Shown here: piece after piece, positions 27,700 to 38,220 of the stretch | Layout of the letters: each line of letters begins with the position of its first letter | Numbering within the stretch: position 1 is the first letter of the stretch | NCBI GenBank assembly: GCA_020722375.1 | Contig: DYKX01000001.1 | Location: 5,243 to 67,260, forward strand | Length of the DNA stretch: 62,018 nt | Direction: 5' to 3' | Source of the DNA: Anaerolinea thermophila | Lineage (GTDB): Bacteria > Chloroflexota > Anaerolineae > Anaerolineales > Villigracilaceae | The notes under the pieces: generated by a model | Seen by the model: the letters and a program-made list of their open reading frames with translations, nothing else | Told to the model about the DNA's origin: nothing | Databases searched by the model: none | Position numbers and translations under genes: made by a program

Positions 27700-28644
27700 A
27701 TGATTCGAGTCAATGAATTAACCAAAGATTATGGCTCGCGGCGGGCGCTTCATGGCCTGACCTTTGAAGCCCAGCAAGGCGAGGTGGTCGGATTCCTCGG
27801 GCCGAACGGCGCGGGGAAGACGACCACGATGCGCATCCTGACCTCGTACATGCCGCCCACTTCGGGAGAGGCGACAGTGGCTGGATACGATGTCGTCAGC
27901 GAGTCGCTGGAGGTGCGGAAACGCGTCGGCTACCTGCCTGAGACCGTTCCGCTCTACAATGAAATGGTGGTCTTCGACTATCTCAAGTTCATGGCCGACC
28001 TGCGTCACCTGCCCGATGCGGAGGAACGCGTCGGCGAGTCGCTCGAGATGGTTGGGTTGATCGACCGCGCGACCGGCTACATCGGCAGTCTGTCGAAGGG
28101 GATGCGTCAGCGGGTGGGACTGGCCCAGGCGCTCCTCCACCGGCCCGAGGTCCTGATCCTGGACGAACCGACCATCGGCCTGGACCCCGGTCAGGTGGTG
28201 GATGTCCGCAATCTGATTCGCGAGATCGGCAAGGAGCGCACCGTCCTGCTTTCCACGCACATCCTCTCGGAGGCACAGCAAATTTGCGACCGAGTGCTCA
28301 TCATCAACAAGGGAAGCATCGTGGTGGAGGATACCCCCGAAAATCTGCAGGCCCGACTCGTCGGGGCGGAACGCGTCATCCTGCGGGTGCGCGGCGAAAC
28401 GGACGATCTGGCCGCGAAGGTCGGCAAGATCAAGGGCGTGCAGAATGTCAAATCCAATCCCGATGGGGCGCTTGAATTCCAGTTCCTGCCCGCGCAGGAT
28501 GTGCGTCCGCAGGTGGCGAAGACGGTCATCGAGTCTGGATACGACCTGCTTGAAATGAGACCGGTTGGATTGAGCCTGGAGGAAATCTTCCTCGAGTTGA
28601 CCAGGGAAGAACAACCCGCCAGGAAAAAGAAAGCGCATTCGTGA
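27700..28644 (+). CDS. ABC transporter ATP-binding protein (GldA-like)
   Basis: GPNGAGKTT, LSKGMRQ, ILDEP, STH. Confidence 0.92.
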   Translation: MIRVNELTKDYGSRRALHGLTFEAQQGEVVGFLGPNGAGKTTTMRILTSYMPPTSGEATVAGYDVVSESLEVRKRVGYLPETVPLYNEMVVFDYLKFMADLRHLPDAEERVGESLEMVGLIDRATGYIGSLSKGMRQRVGLAQALLHRPEVLILDEPTIGLDPGQVVDVRNLIREIGKERTVLLSTHILSEAQQICDRVLIINKGSIVVEDTPENLQARLVGAERVILRVRGETDDLAAKVGKIKGVQNVKSNPDGALEFQFLPAQDVRPQVAKTVIESGYDLLEMRPVGLSLEEIFLELTREEQPARKKKAHS

Positions 28645-28652
28645 GGTGTTGC

Positions 28653-29390
28653 ATGCGTAATATTTGGACTATTGCAAAACGAGAGTACGATCATTATTTC
28701 ATCAGCCCGGTAGCGTATGTGGTGGCGTTTGCCATCTTGCTGGTGCTGGGAATTATCTTCGCGCTTGTCATCTATACGTCAGCGCAAAACGCGATGTATG
28801 GATCCGTTCCTGACATCAGCCCAATTACCGGTTCCTTTGCCTTCCTGCTGGTTCTGACGACTCCTGCCTTGACCATGCGTCTGTTGGCGGACGAAAACCG
28901 CATGGGCACAATGGAACTCCTGCTGACCGCGCCCGTGCGCGACTCGGAATTGATCATCGGTAAGTGGCTGGGCGGTTTTCTCTTCGTCCTGACTGTCATC
29001 GGCATCACCCTGGTTTATCCGATTATTCTGAACAGTCTGGTGAAACCTGGCATTGACCAGGGCGCGATGATCACATCCTACCTTGGATTGATTCTGGTAG
29101 CCGCCTCTTTCTTTGCCATCGGGGTGGGCGTCTCTGCGCTGTTCAGCAACCAGGTGGCGGCCTTTTTCGTCACCATGATCCTGCTGATAACTCTGTGGTG
29201 GCTGATGGGATTTCCTGCGGACTATATTCAGGCCGGCTCGGAAGTCTTCCGTTACCTCGACCTGCAATCGCATTTCTACTCTCTTGGGCAGGGCAGGATC
29301 ATTCTTGCAGATGTTATTTATTTCCTCAGCCTGATTGCAGTGGGCTTGTTCACCGGCACAATGGCCGTTGAGACTCGGAGATGGCGCTAA
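28653..29390 (+). CDS. ABC-2 permease (GldF-like)
   Basis: About 6 TM helices; TMRLLADE.R.GT.ELLLT.P motif. Confidence 0.88.
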   Translation: MRNIWTIAKREYDHYFISPVAYVVAFAILLVLGIIFALVIYTSAQNAMYGSVPDISPITGSFAFLLVLTTPALTMRLLADENRMGTMELLLTAPVRDSELIIGKWLGGFLFVLTVIGITLVYPIILNSLVKPGIDQGAMITSYLGLILVAASFFAIGVGVSALFSNQVAAFFVTMILLITLWWLMGFPADYIQAGSEVFRYLDLQSHFYSLGQGRIILADVIYFLSLIAVGLFTGTMAVETRRWR

Positions 29391-30988
29391 TGAAACAGAA
29401 GAAACAAAATCGCTACGACCAGATCCCGCTTATCATCTCCCTGGTCAGCCTGATCGCCGCTGTCCTGCTGGCGCTGGTCAAAGGGACGATGGCGCTTGGT
29501 ATGTTCACCCCGAAGAACCCGGATGCCATCAACCTTGCGTTGTCCATCAGCGCGGGCGTGACCATCCTTGGGCTGGCAGTCTATGCCATGCTCGCGCCCG
29601 ACGCGGTGCGGAATTTCCTGACCGGACGTCAGGCGCGCTACGGCAGTAACGCCTTCGTCATGATTTTGGCGTTTGCAGGCATCATCATCGTTGCCAATTA
29701 CCTCGTCTACAAAAACCCGGTCGAGCCGCTGGATCTGACCGAGGATAAGCAGAACACGCTCTCCCCGCAGATGATCGCCGCACTGGAAACCCTTCCCGAA
29801 AAGATGACAGCCGTCGGCTACTACTCGCAGACGCCGCGCGATGACGCCCAGCAATTGCTCGAGAACATGAAGGTCAAAAGCAAAGGCAATTTTGACTATC
29901 GCTTTGTTGACCCTGTTGCAGATCCCCTGTCTGCAAAGAACGCAGGTGTGACGGGTGACGGCAAGATCGTACTCACCATGAGCGGCCGCAGTGAGATTGC
30001 CGATTACGCGGACGAATCAGAACTGCTCCGCGCCATGAACCGCATCCTCAACCCCGAAGCGCGGACGGTCTACTTCCTGACCGGTCACGGTGAAAAAGAC
30101 ATCAACGGTTCAGGCACAACTGGTATGAGCCGCGCTCGTGAAACGCTGGAAAGCAAGAACTACACCGTCAAGACCCTGAACCTGCTGGCGGATAATCGCA
30201 TCCCCGAAGACGCCAAAGCCATCATTATTGCCGGGCCGATGCAGCCGTTGTCTCCCACTGAGGTCGGCCTGCTGAACAAATATGCCCAACAGGGCAGCGC
30301 GCTCATCATCATGGAAGACCCCGTTCCGTTTACCGATTTCGGCGAGGCAACCGACCCGTTGGCCGAATCGCTCGAACGCGTCTGGGGCATCCGCCTGCGC
30401 AATGACTTCGTGGTGGACACCGCCAGCGCCACTGTCCAATACGCCATTGGCGCAAGTTACAACCCGTCCCACGCGGTGACCAACACCATGAGCCTGGTCA
30501 CCATCTTCCCGCTGGCCCGCAGTATCGAAGTCTCAACGCAGCTATCCGAGGGACGTTCCCAGACATCGCTGGTGGAGACCAGTCCCGATGCGCAGGCCTG
30601 GGGTGAGACCGACTTTTCCGCGCTGGACCAAAGCAACGCCACTGTCCAGCTCGACCCTGAAGACACTCCCGGCCCGCTGACGCTCGTTGCGGCAAGCGAA
30701 GAACTCGCCACCAATGGACGTGTAATCGTGTTCGGCAATTCCGCTTTTGCCAGCGACGACAACTTCGACGCATATGGCAACGGCGACCTCTTCGTCAACG
30801 CGGTGGACTGGGCCGCGGGCGACGACGCCCCGCTGGACATCACTATCAATGAGCCCACCCAGCGCACCTTCCTACCGCCTGGGCAGATTCAATGGCTGGC
30901 CATCCTGCTCAGTTCTGTCTGCATCCTGCCGGGCATTGTCCTGGGCGCGGGCGTGTTTGCCTGGCTCTCACGCAAACGCCGAGGGTAG
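29390..30988 (+). CDS. GldG-like ABC auxiliary membrane protein
   Basis: DLTEDK...LS, VYFLTGHGE, N..LF.NAV.W; TM helices at both ends. Confidence 0.85.
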   Translation: MKQKKQNRYDQIPLIISLVSLIAAVLLALVKGTMALGMFTPKNPDAINLALSISAGVTILGLAVYAMLAPDAVRNFLTGRQARYGSNAFVMILAFAGIIIVANYLVYKNPVEPLDLTEDKQNTLSPQMIAALETLPEKMTAVGYYSQTPRDDAQQLLENMKVKSKGNFDYRFVDPVADPLSAKNAGVTGDGKIVLTMSGRSEIADYADESELLRAMNRILNPEARTVYFLTGHGEKDINGSGTTGMSRARETLESKNYTVKTLNLLADNRIPEDAKAIIIAGPMQPLSPTEVGLLNKYAQQGSALIIMEDPVPFTDFGEATDPLAESLERVWGIRLRNDFVVDTASATVQYAIGASYNPSHAVTNTMSLVTIFPLARSIEVSTQLSEGRSQTSLVETSPDAQAWGETDFSALDQSNATVQLDPEDTPGPLTLVAASEELATNGRVIVFGNSAFASDDNFDAYGNGDLFVNAVDWAAGDDAPLDITINEPTQRTFLPPGQIQWLAILLSSVCILPGIVLGAGVFAWLSRKRRG

Positions 30989-30991
30989 GCC

Positions 30992-31612
30992 ATGGTCAAA
31001 AAGCAAACCTGGATCCTGCTGGTACTGTTCGCAGCGCTGGCAGGATTTGCCCTCTTTCTAAAATACAAACCCTCGTCTGAGACGGAGGTCGAAGCGACCC
31101 TGGCGCCCACCACCGAGCCGGTGGAATTCCTCTTCCCCGCGGAGGAGGGAGTGATCACCAGTCTGTTGATCCAGAGCCGCGAAGGAGATGTGATCGGCGT
31201 GGAACGCGGCGAGAACGGCTGGATGGTGACCCAGCCTATCGAAACAGAGGCCGCTCAGGCGTCGGTGGAAGAAGCGGTCAGTCAGGCCGCCGCATTGACT
31301 GTCCTCAATCGCCTCGATCTGGACCCTGCGGTGGTCGGCTTGAAATCCCCAGCCTACACCATCACGGTCGGCTTCAGTAGTGGAAATTTCATCATCGCCC
31401 AAGTGGGCGATGTGACCCCCACCGAGTCGGGATACTATGTGCGTAAGGATGACGGAAGCATTATCGTCATAGATAAGTACGGGATGGACGCGTTGATCAA
31501 CCTGGCGCTTTATCCGCCTTACGAGGAAACGCCAACGCCATCCCCCACGCCCGAGACAGTGACCCCCACCCCAGAGGCTTCGGCAACCCCAATCGTAACG
31601 AAAACGCCATAA
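30992..31612 (+). CDS. DUF4340-like membrane-anchored protein with a Thr/Pro tail
   Basis: N-terminal TM, W....P, GL..P, G..TP..SGYY; usual position after GldG. Confidence 0.7.
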   Translation: MVKKQTWILLVLFAALAGFALFLKYKPSSETEVEATLAPTTEPVEFLFPAEEGVITSLLIQSREGDVIGVERGENGWMVTQPIETEAAQASVEEAVSQAAALTVLNRLDLDPAVVGLKSPAYTITVGFSSGNFIIAQVGDVTPTESGYYVRKDDGSIIVIDKYGMDALINLALYPPYEETPTPSPTPETVTPTPEASATPIVTKTP

Positions 31613-31678
31613 TTGGGTATTGTATTTCATCACGAAAGTGTGTATTCTATTAGCAGACCAGTGAGTGGAAGAGTGTAA

Positions 31679-32884
31679 ATGGAGAAAATTCTGATTGTAG
31701 ACGAGGAAGAAGAATTTCCCGCTATTGCCCGTTTAATCGAACTTGGTCGTCAAAAGTCCTACGTGACACTTGACGACATTTTGCATTTCTTCCCTGAAGC
31801 CGAGCAGGACGTGGAGCAACTGGAGGAGGCGTTTTCCGCGCTCCTGAGCGCAGGCATCCCCTTCATGGAGGATGTTTCCACCACCGAGCCGACCGAGGAT
31901 GAACTGGTGGCAGTGGAGGAGACCGAAACCGAGGTGGAGATCGACACCTCGCTGGATGACTACCTCGCCAATATTGACACCGATGACACGATTGGGCTGT
32001 ATCTCAAGGAAGTCAGCCGCGTGCCGCTTTTGACGGCCACTGAGGAGGTGGAACTGGCCCAGCGCATCGAGCGTGGACGGATGGCGCGCGAGGAACTCGC
32101 CAAAGGGAGCGCGGCGCCGCGTCGACACGCCGAACTGCGCCGCCTCATCGAAGACGGCTGGGCCGCCCGCGAACACCTGATCACGGCCAACTCGCGCTTG
32201 GTGATCTCCGTCGCAAAAAAGTATATGGGGCGCGGTGTGCCGTTCCTGGACCTGATTCAGGAGGGCAATATCGGCCTGATCCGCGCCACCAAGAAATTCG
32301 ATTACCGCCGCGGCCACAAGTTCAGCACCTATGCCACCTGGTGGATTCGCCAGGCGGTGACGCGGGCGATTGCCGACCAGGGCCGCACCATCCGCGTCCC
32401 GGTCCACATGGGCGACCAGATCAACAAACTGCTGCGCGTCCAGCACCAGCTGACACAGCGCCTCGGCCGCGACCCGACAGTGGAAGAGATCGCCGACGCG
32501 CTGGAAGTGCCGCCCAAGAAGGTCGAGAACATGATCCAGGTGGCGCGCCGTCCGCTCTCGCTCGAAACCCCCACGGACGATGAAGAGGATTCCGTTTTGG
32601 GCGATTTCATCGAAGACGATGAGGCCCCCCCGCCCGACGAGACCGCCACTTACAACCTGCTGCGCGAACACCTGGGCGAAGTGCTCAACGGCCTGCCGCC
32701 GCGTGAGGTCCGCATTTTGCAATTGCGCTACGGCCTGCTCGACGGGCAGGCGTACACCCTCGAAGAAGTGGGCCGCAAGATGGGCGTGACGCGCGAGCGC
32801 GTGAGGCAGATCGAAGCCCAGGCGCTCAGCCGCCTGCGCCACCCCACCATCCGTAGGAAGTTGCGCGATTATCTGGGAGAGTAA
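31679..32884 (+). CDS. rpoD: Primary-type sigma70 factor
   Basis: Region 1.1; [29 protein letters not shown]...[11 protein letters not shown]. Confidence 0.88.
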   Translation: MEKILIVDEEEEFPAIARLIELGRQKSYVTLDDILHFFPEAEQDVEQLEEAFSALLSAGIPFMEDVSTTEPTEDELVAVEETETEVEIDTSLDDYLANIDTDDTIGLYLKEVSRVPLLTATEEVELAQRIERGRMAREELAKGSAAPRRHAELRRLIEDGWAAREHLITANSRLVISVAKKYMGRGVPFLDLIQEGNIGLIRATKKFDYRRGHKFSTYATWWIRQAVTRAIADQGRTIRVPVHMGDQINKLLRVQHQLTQRLGRDPTVEEIADALEVPPKKVENMIQVARRPLSLETPTDDEEDSVLGDFIEDDEAPPPDETATYNLLREHLGEVLNGLPPREVRILQLRYGLLDGQAYTLEEVGRKMGVTRERVRQIEAQALSRLRHPTIRRKLRDYLGE

Positions 32885-32889
32885 AGTAC

Positions 32890-32929
32890 AAACAAAATCC
32901 ATCCCCCCTCAAAGGGATGGATTTTGTTT
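32890..32929 (+). terminator. Intrinsic terminator-like hairpin
   Basis: AAACAAAATCCATCCC...GGGATGGATTTTGTTT. Confidence 0.75.
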
Positions 32930-32943
32930 GGGTGAGCAAAAAT

Positions 32944-34389
32944 ATGAAATTTCATTCAAAAGAGTGGCAAACCGCCCCATCTTCTCTTCAGCGCCTGCTC
33001 AACCCGCTGACCTTCATCCTGGTCTTTTTTTTGCTCAGCCGCGCACCCGTCGATGCCGATTTGTGGTGGCATTTGCGCGCAGGCCAGGTCATGTTGGCGC
33101 AAAAAAGCATCCTGCTTAGTGACATCTTCAGCTACACGCGGGCAGATGCACCATGGATCAACGCCTTCTGGCTTTCAGAAATTCTTTTATATTGGATTCA
33201 TAGCCTGGGTGGATATTTCGCATTGGCGGTCTTTGTGGCATTGCTTGGCGCATCGACCTTTCACATCGTCTCTCGCCGCCTGACAGGCAATCCCCTTGTC
33301 AGTTGCTTTATCGTTCTTCTCGCCGCCGTCACCGCCGCGCCGATCTGGGGCCCGCGTCCGCAGATACTCTCCTTCCTGCTGGTTGCCCTGCTGGACTTCT
33401 GGCTGGCTCGCTCTCCGCGCAGGCTGTGGATTCTGGTCCCGTTCTTCGCGCTCTGGGCCAACCTGCACGGCGGCTGGATTTGGGGATTCCTGCTGCTGGC
33501 CGCGCACATCGCGGGACTCTTCGTCCAGTCGTTTTTTCAAGAGGAGGAGCGGATTCCGCTTCGGCGGCTGGCCCTGCATCTGTTGGGCTGGACGGTTCTC
33601 TCCGCCCTGGCCGTTGGCCTGAACCCAAACGGGCTCGCCCTTTGGGGGCTGCCCTTTCAACAGATCAATGTCTCACTACAAATCCAGGAATGGCTTTCGC
33701 CCGATTTTCACCGCGTGGATTTTCATCCGCTGTTGTGGATGCTGTTCTTGTTGCTGCTGGCCGCTCCCTTTGCGAAGAAACCGCTCAACTGGCCTCAGCT
33801 TGTCAAAGTCCTTGGCTTTGCCTACCTGACTTTTGTGGCGCAGCGCAACATCGCCCTGTTCGCCATCGCCGTCGCGCCCCTGCTCAGTGAGTGGATCAAC
33901 GCTTTTATTCAAACCCTCCCACAAAAGGCAGAACATTCAGTTTCGCGGGCGCTGAATCCACGCCTGGCTTCGATCATCAATGGTTTGCTTATTCTTGTTC
34001 TTGGTCTGACGGCGCTGGGTAATCTTTATCTGGTTTCCCAACCCGAGCGCGTAGACAGGAATTATCCCGTCTACGCTGTGGAATGGATTCGCGACAACCA
34101 CCCTGAAGGCAGACTGTTCAACTCCTACAATTGGGGCGGCTACCTGCTGTGGACTCTACCCGAGTTCCCTGTCTTCATTGATGGCCGCGCGGACCTTTAC
34201 GGCAATGACCTGATCAACCAATGGCATGATGTGGTTAACGCGGATGAGAACGCCGCATCCATTCTCGACGTCTGGGATGTGAATATGATCCTGCTCGAAC
34301 CGCATTGGCCGATTGTGGATACTTTGGAAGAGCGAGGCTGGGATATAACTTACCAGGATGAACAGGCCGTGATCCTGATCCGAAAGTAA
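32944..34389 (+). CDS. Polytopic membrane protein, probable GT-C glycosyltransferase
   Basis: D.DLWWHL..G after TM1, WANLHGG, YNWGGYL, FIDGRADLY. Confidence 0.7.
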   Translation: MKFHSKEWQTAPSSLQRLLNPLTFILVFFLLSRAPVDADLWWHLRAGQVMLAQKSILLSDIFSYTRADAPWINAFWLSEILLYWIHSLGGYFALAVFVALLGASTFHIVSRRLTGNPLVSCFIVLLAAVTAAPIWGPRPQILSFLLVALLDFWLARSPRRLWILVPFFALWANLHGGWIWGFLLLAAHIAGLFVQSFFQEEERIPLRRLALHLLGWTVLSALAVGLNPNGLALWGLPFQQINVSLQIQEWLSPDFHRVDFHPLLWMLFLLLLAAPFAKKPLNWPQLVKVLGFAYLTFVAQRNIALFAIAVAPLLSEWINAFIQTLPQKAEHSVSRALNPRLASIINGLLILVLGLTALGNLYLVSQPERVDRNYPVYAVEWIRDNHPEGRLFNSYNWGGYLLWTLPEFPVFIDGRADLYGNDLINQWHDVVNADENAASILDVWDVNMILLEPHWPIVDTLEERGWDITYQDEQAVILIRK

Positions 34390-34623
34390 AATGACACTCC
34401 GCCCCTTTTTCATGAAGGCGACCTGAGTGAGCACCTGTATGCGGTGGTTAAAGGTGAGTTGCAGGTCCTGATGGGCGAGGGCAAGCCTGACGAGTTGACC
34501 GTATTTTTCTTTTTGGTTCCTTCGATTGTCATGGCTGTGTTATTGCTATTCCCTCCAAAAGATGTTATTCTCTGGGACGTTCCTGGTTGGTTGCAGGCAA
34601 AAAAGAATCAGGTTCATTGTTAG
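34390..34623 (+). pseudogene. Chimeric scar: cNMP-binding-domain fragment fused to a TM fragment
   Basis: LFHEGDLSEHLYAVVKGELQVL (34405 onward) followed in frame by VFFFLVPSIVMAVLLLF; no start codon. Confidence 0.6.
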
Positions 34624-34679
34624 CGGCGCTTGGAGACTGTGCGCAGGCATCCATCCTTGAAGGGAAACAAAGACAAACC

Positions 34680-36536
34680 GTGCAGAAACTACTCCGTTCC
34701 GAGTATTTCCCCATTTTTTTGTTGATCGGCCTGGGTTTTTCCATCGGCCTATGGACGATTCACGATTACGGCGAAAGTTGGGATGAATACAATTTCTTCC
34801 GCTATGCCGGCGAGTCGCTGGCGGCCTACCCAGGATTGTTCCAACCCGATTTTCGACCCAGCTTCTACGACCCCACCCTGCGCTATTACGGCGCGTGGTT
34901 TCTCATGACCATCACGCTGGCCGCGCGGCTCTTCCCTCATTGGCCCATCTCCGACGTCGGCCACCTCCTCACCTTCATCGTGTTTCTCTTCGGCATCCTC
35001 GTCATGTATCTGCTGGCGCGGCGCTGGCTCACGTCTCTTGCATCCTTCGGCGCGGCGCTGCTCTTTGCCGCGCAGCCCGTCCTTTGGGGTCACGCCTTCA
35101 TCAACGCCCGCGACATTCCCTTCATGGTCGGATTTTTGGCGAGCCTATATTTTGGCCTGAAAATGACCGACTCGCTGGCCTTGCAAAAAACCGCCGCCCA
35201 AAAATCCGCGCCGCCCATGGATCCCCTCCCGCTCGCGAAAAAAATTCTCCTCGCGCTTCTGACCGTAATCGGCATCGCCGCGTTTGCCATTCTCGCGCTT
35301 CGCCTACGGACGGGATGGGAGGCCCGCGCCGCCTTTCTTGCGGACACCTCCAGCGCGCGCGCCCTCGACCTCTACCTGCGTCCGCTTCTCGCGACGCTTT
35401 GGGCGGGCGCGGCCTTCTCTGGCCTCTCCCTCGCATGGACCGCGTTCCTCTTCCTGCCCTCCATGCCGCGCCTGCGCGCGCACCTGTGGACGAACGAACT
35501 GCGTCCCTACGCCCTGCTCGCCTCCAATTGTTTCCGCAACCGCGATTTCGTTCTCTTCACCCTCTTGCTGGGACTCACCATCGGCATCCGCGTGATGGGC
35601 ATCGCCGCCTTCGGCCTGGTGGGAATCTTCCTCTCCAAGAAGCAGGGACGCGGCGCGTTCTTCCCGCTCATTCTCGCGTTTCTGCCTGCCATGCTCATCG
35701 TCTACGTGACCTGGCCCTATCTCTGGCCCGAACCGGTATTGCGCCTGTTCATCGTCCTGCGCGTCATGCTGAAATTTCCCTGGCCTGGGCAAACCCTCTT
35801 TGGCGGCGCGTATTACAACGGCAACGAATTACCCCGCTCCTACCTCCCAACGTTGTTTGGCATCCAACTCACCGAGCCTCTCCTGCTCCTCGCGGCGCTT
35901 GGACTTGGCCTCGCGCTCTGGCAAACCGTCCGCAAAAAATCTCTCGACGAAATTCTTTTGCTGGCCCTGCTCTGGTTTGGCCTGCCTCTCGCCGCGGCCA
36001 TGATCGGGCGTCCCTATCTGTACGATAACTTTCGCCAGGTGTTGTTCATTCTGCCGCCGCTTTTCCTGTTGGCGGGGCTGGGGCTGGAGACCCTGCTCGG
36101 GTACGCGCGCCCGCTTTGGGTCCGCGCGGGAATCGTTCTCGTCCTGGTCGTCCCCTCGGTGGCGGGAATGTCCGCCGTGCATCCCTACGAATACGCGTAC
36201 TACAACGGGTTCGCGGGGGGAGTCTCCGGCGCATTCCGTCAATATGAAATGGATTATTGGTGCACATCGTTCCGCGAGGCTGCGGCCTATTTGAACGCCA
36301 ACGCGCCGCAAAACGCGCAAGTGGTTGTGTGGGGACAGACCACCACCCTCTGGCGTTACCTGCGACCCGACATCAAAGTGTACGATTATCGCGAACCCGA
36401 CGCCCCGGCCGCGAATTATTACGCGGCGCTCTCCACGCGCGGCGATTCTGACCTGCGCTTCCATGCCGACCTGCCCGCGCTGTTCACCGTCCAAAGACAG
36501 GGAGCGATTCTCGCCGTGGTGAAATATGTCCCATGA
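34680..36536 (+). CDS. GT-C membrane glycosyltransferase (ArnT/PMT-like)
   Basis: DYGESWDE acidic motif after TM1, GHAFIN..D, many TM helices, EMDYW; start uncertain. Confidence 0.78.
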   Translation: MQKLLRSEYFPIFLLIGLGFSIGLWTIHDYGESWDEYNFFRYAGESLAAYPGLFQPDFRPSFYDPTLRYYGAWFLMTITLAARLFPHWPISDVGHLLTFIVFLFGILVMYLLARRWLTSLASFGAALLFAAQPVLWGHAFINARDIPFMVGFLASLYFGLKMTDSLALQKTAAQKSAPPMDPLPLAKKILLALLTVIGIAAFAILALRLRTGWEARAAFLADTSSARALDLYLRPLLATLWAGAAFSGLSLAWTAFLFLPSMPRLRAHLWTNELRPYALLASNCFRNRDFVLFTLLLGLTIGIRVMGIAAFGLVGIFLSKKQGRGAFFPLILAFLPAMLIVYVTWPYLWPEPVLRLFIVLRVMLKFPWPGQTLFGGAYYNGNELPRSYLPTLFGIQLTEPLLLLAALGLGLALWQTVRKKSLDEILLLALLWFGLPLAAAMIGRPYLYDNFRQVLFILPPLFLLAGLGLETLLGYARPLWVRAGIVLVLVVPSVAGMSAVHPYEYAYYNGFAGGVSGAFRQYEMDYWCTSFREAAAYLNANAPQNAQVVVWGQTTTLWRYLRPDIKVYDYREPDAPAANYYAALSTRGDSDLRFHADLPALFTVQRQGAILAVVKYVP

Positions 36537-37500
36537 AATGACCATGCGACGATTGGCAATTGTCACTCCCGTGTATAACGACTGGGATTCGTTCAAGACT
36601 CTCGTGGAAAAAATCAGCCAGGTGGCCGTGGAAAATCATTGGCGGGTTTGCATCCTGGCCGTGGACGATGGCTCGGTGCATGGCGCGCCGCCGCATTTCA
36701 GCCAGGCGGTGGCGGGCATCGAATCCATCGAGATCGTTCGCCTCATCCGCAACCTCGGGCACCAACGCGCCATCGCGGTGGGGCTGGCGGCGTTGAACGA
36801 AAAAGGCCTCGACCTGCCCGCCATCGTGATGGACGCCGACGGCGAGGACAACCCATCCGACCTGCCGCGCCTGCTGGCGGAACACGACCGCGATCCCGGC
36901 TACATCGTCTTTGCGCGCCGTGTGCGCCGCTCGGAAAATTTCATCTTTCGCGGGTTTTATCTTTTCTTTAAACTTTTCTTCCGCCTGCTCACCGGAAAAT
37001 CCATCTCGTTTGGAAATTACAGCCTCATCCCGTCTGCCGCGTTGAATCGCGTCGTCCACTTGCAGGAAATTTGGAATCACTTCGCGGCAGGCATTATGCA
37101 CTCCGGCTTGCTGTGGAAAACTATTCCCACCACGCGCAGCAGGCGCTACGTGGGGCGTTCGCACATGAACATGACCGCCCTCGTCCTGCACGGCTTGAGC
37201 GCGGTCTCCGTTTACATCGAGATCGTTTACGTGCGCCTGTTGTTCTTCGCGCTGGTTGTGATGACCCTGGACGTGCTTGGCTTTCTCGCCCTCGTCTACG
37301 TCCGTTATTTCACGTTGCTCGCCATCCCCGGTTGGGCCACCAACGTCGCCATCGGCCTGACGGTGATTATGACGCAAGCCATCCTCTTTCTTGCCACACT
37401 TTCGTTTGTGGTGTTGAGTTATCGCAGTTCCAAGATGTTCATCCCCGCCGTGGACTTCAAGGATTACCTGATGAACATCGAACGCGTGGACGCGGGGTGA
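36526..37500 (+). CDS. GT2 polyprenyl-phosphate glycosyltransferase (GtrB/ArnC-like)
   Basis: TPVYND, VDDGS, RNLGHQRAI, MDADGED, two C-terminal TM helices. Confidence 0.9.
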   Translation: MSHEMTMRRLAIVTPVYNDWDSFKTLVEKISQVAVENHWRVCILAVDDGSVHGAPPHFSQAVAGIESIEIVRLIRNLGHQRAIAVGLAALNEKGLDLPAIVMDADGEDNPSDLPRLLAEHDRDPGYIVFARRVRRSENFIFRGFYLFFKLFFRLLTGKSISFGNYSLIPSAALNRVVHLQEIWNHFAAGIMHSGLLWKTIPTTRSRRYVGRSHMNMTALVLHGLSAVSVYIEIVYVRLLFFALVVMTLDVLGFLALVYVRYFTLLAIPGWATNVAIGLTVIMTQAILFLATLSFVVLSYRSSKMFIPAVDFKDYLMNIERVDAG

Positions 37501-37506
37501 GGTTGC

Positions 37507-38220
37507 ATGTCCCATCAACCCTACATTGGCAGCGAACTTGAAATTTTCGCCAGGGCCTCCAATTGGAAAGCCTACTACAAGCGCCACATCGCGCCCTATT
37601 TCGGGTCGCGCCTCCTCGAAGTGGGCGCGGGATTGGGAGCCACCACCGCCGCCCTCTGCAACGGCTCGCAAACCGCGTGGACTTGCCTCGAACCAGACGC
37701 TTCGATGGCCGCGGAAATTGAACGCAAGATCCGCGCGGGCGAACTTCCCTCCTGCTGCGCCTCCCGCGTCGGGACAGTGGACAGCCTCGCCCCGGACGAA
37801 CGCTTCGACTCGATCCTCTACATTGACGTCCTCGAACACATCGAAGACGACCGCCGCGAACTACACGCGGCCAGCCTGCATTTGAACCCCGGCGGGCGGT
37901 TGATCGTTCTCTCGCCCGCCTATCCCTTCCTCTATAGCCCCTTCGACCGTTCCATCGGCCATTTCCGCCGCTACACGCGCGCCAGCCTCACGGCCTGCGC
38001 GCCCGCCAACTGCCGAACGGTGAAGATATTTCACCTCGATTCCATCGGCGTCTTCACCTCGCTGGCAAACCGTCTCCTCCTTCATCAGGATGTCCCCACC
38101 GAGAAACAAATCCTCTTCTGGGACAAGCGCGTGATTCCCGTTTCTAAAATTTTCGATTGGCTGTTCAGATATCGTCTTGGCCGGTCGGTGATTGGCGTGT
38201 GGGAACGTGAGGCGGAATGA
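37507..38220 (+). CDS. Class I SAM-dependent methyltransferase
   Basis: LEVGAGLG, DVLEHIEDD, GHFRRY. Confidence 0.9.
   Translation: MSHQPYIGSELEIFARASNWKAYYKRHIAPYFGSRLLEVGAGLGATTAALCNGSQTAWTCLEPDASMAAEIERKIRAGELPSCCASRVGTVDSLAPDERFDSILYIDVLEHIEDDRRELHAASLHLNPGGRLIVLSPAYPFLYSPFDRSIGHFRRYTRASLTACAPANCRTVKIFHLDSIGVFTSLANRLLLHQDVPTEKQILFWDKRVIPVSKIFDWLFRYRLGRSVIGVWEREAE

Noticed and set aside
27700-31612. Bacteroidetes-type gliding motility system
   Set aside because: GldAFG-like ABC modules are widespread, and no other gld/spr genes are present here.
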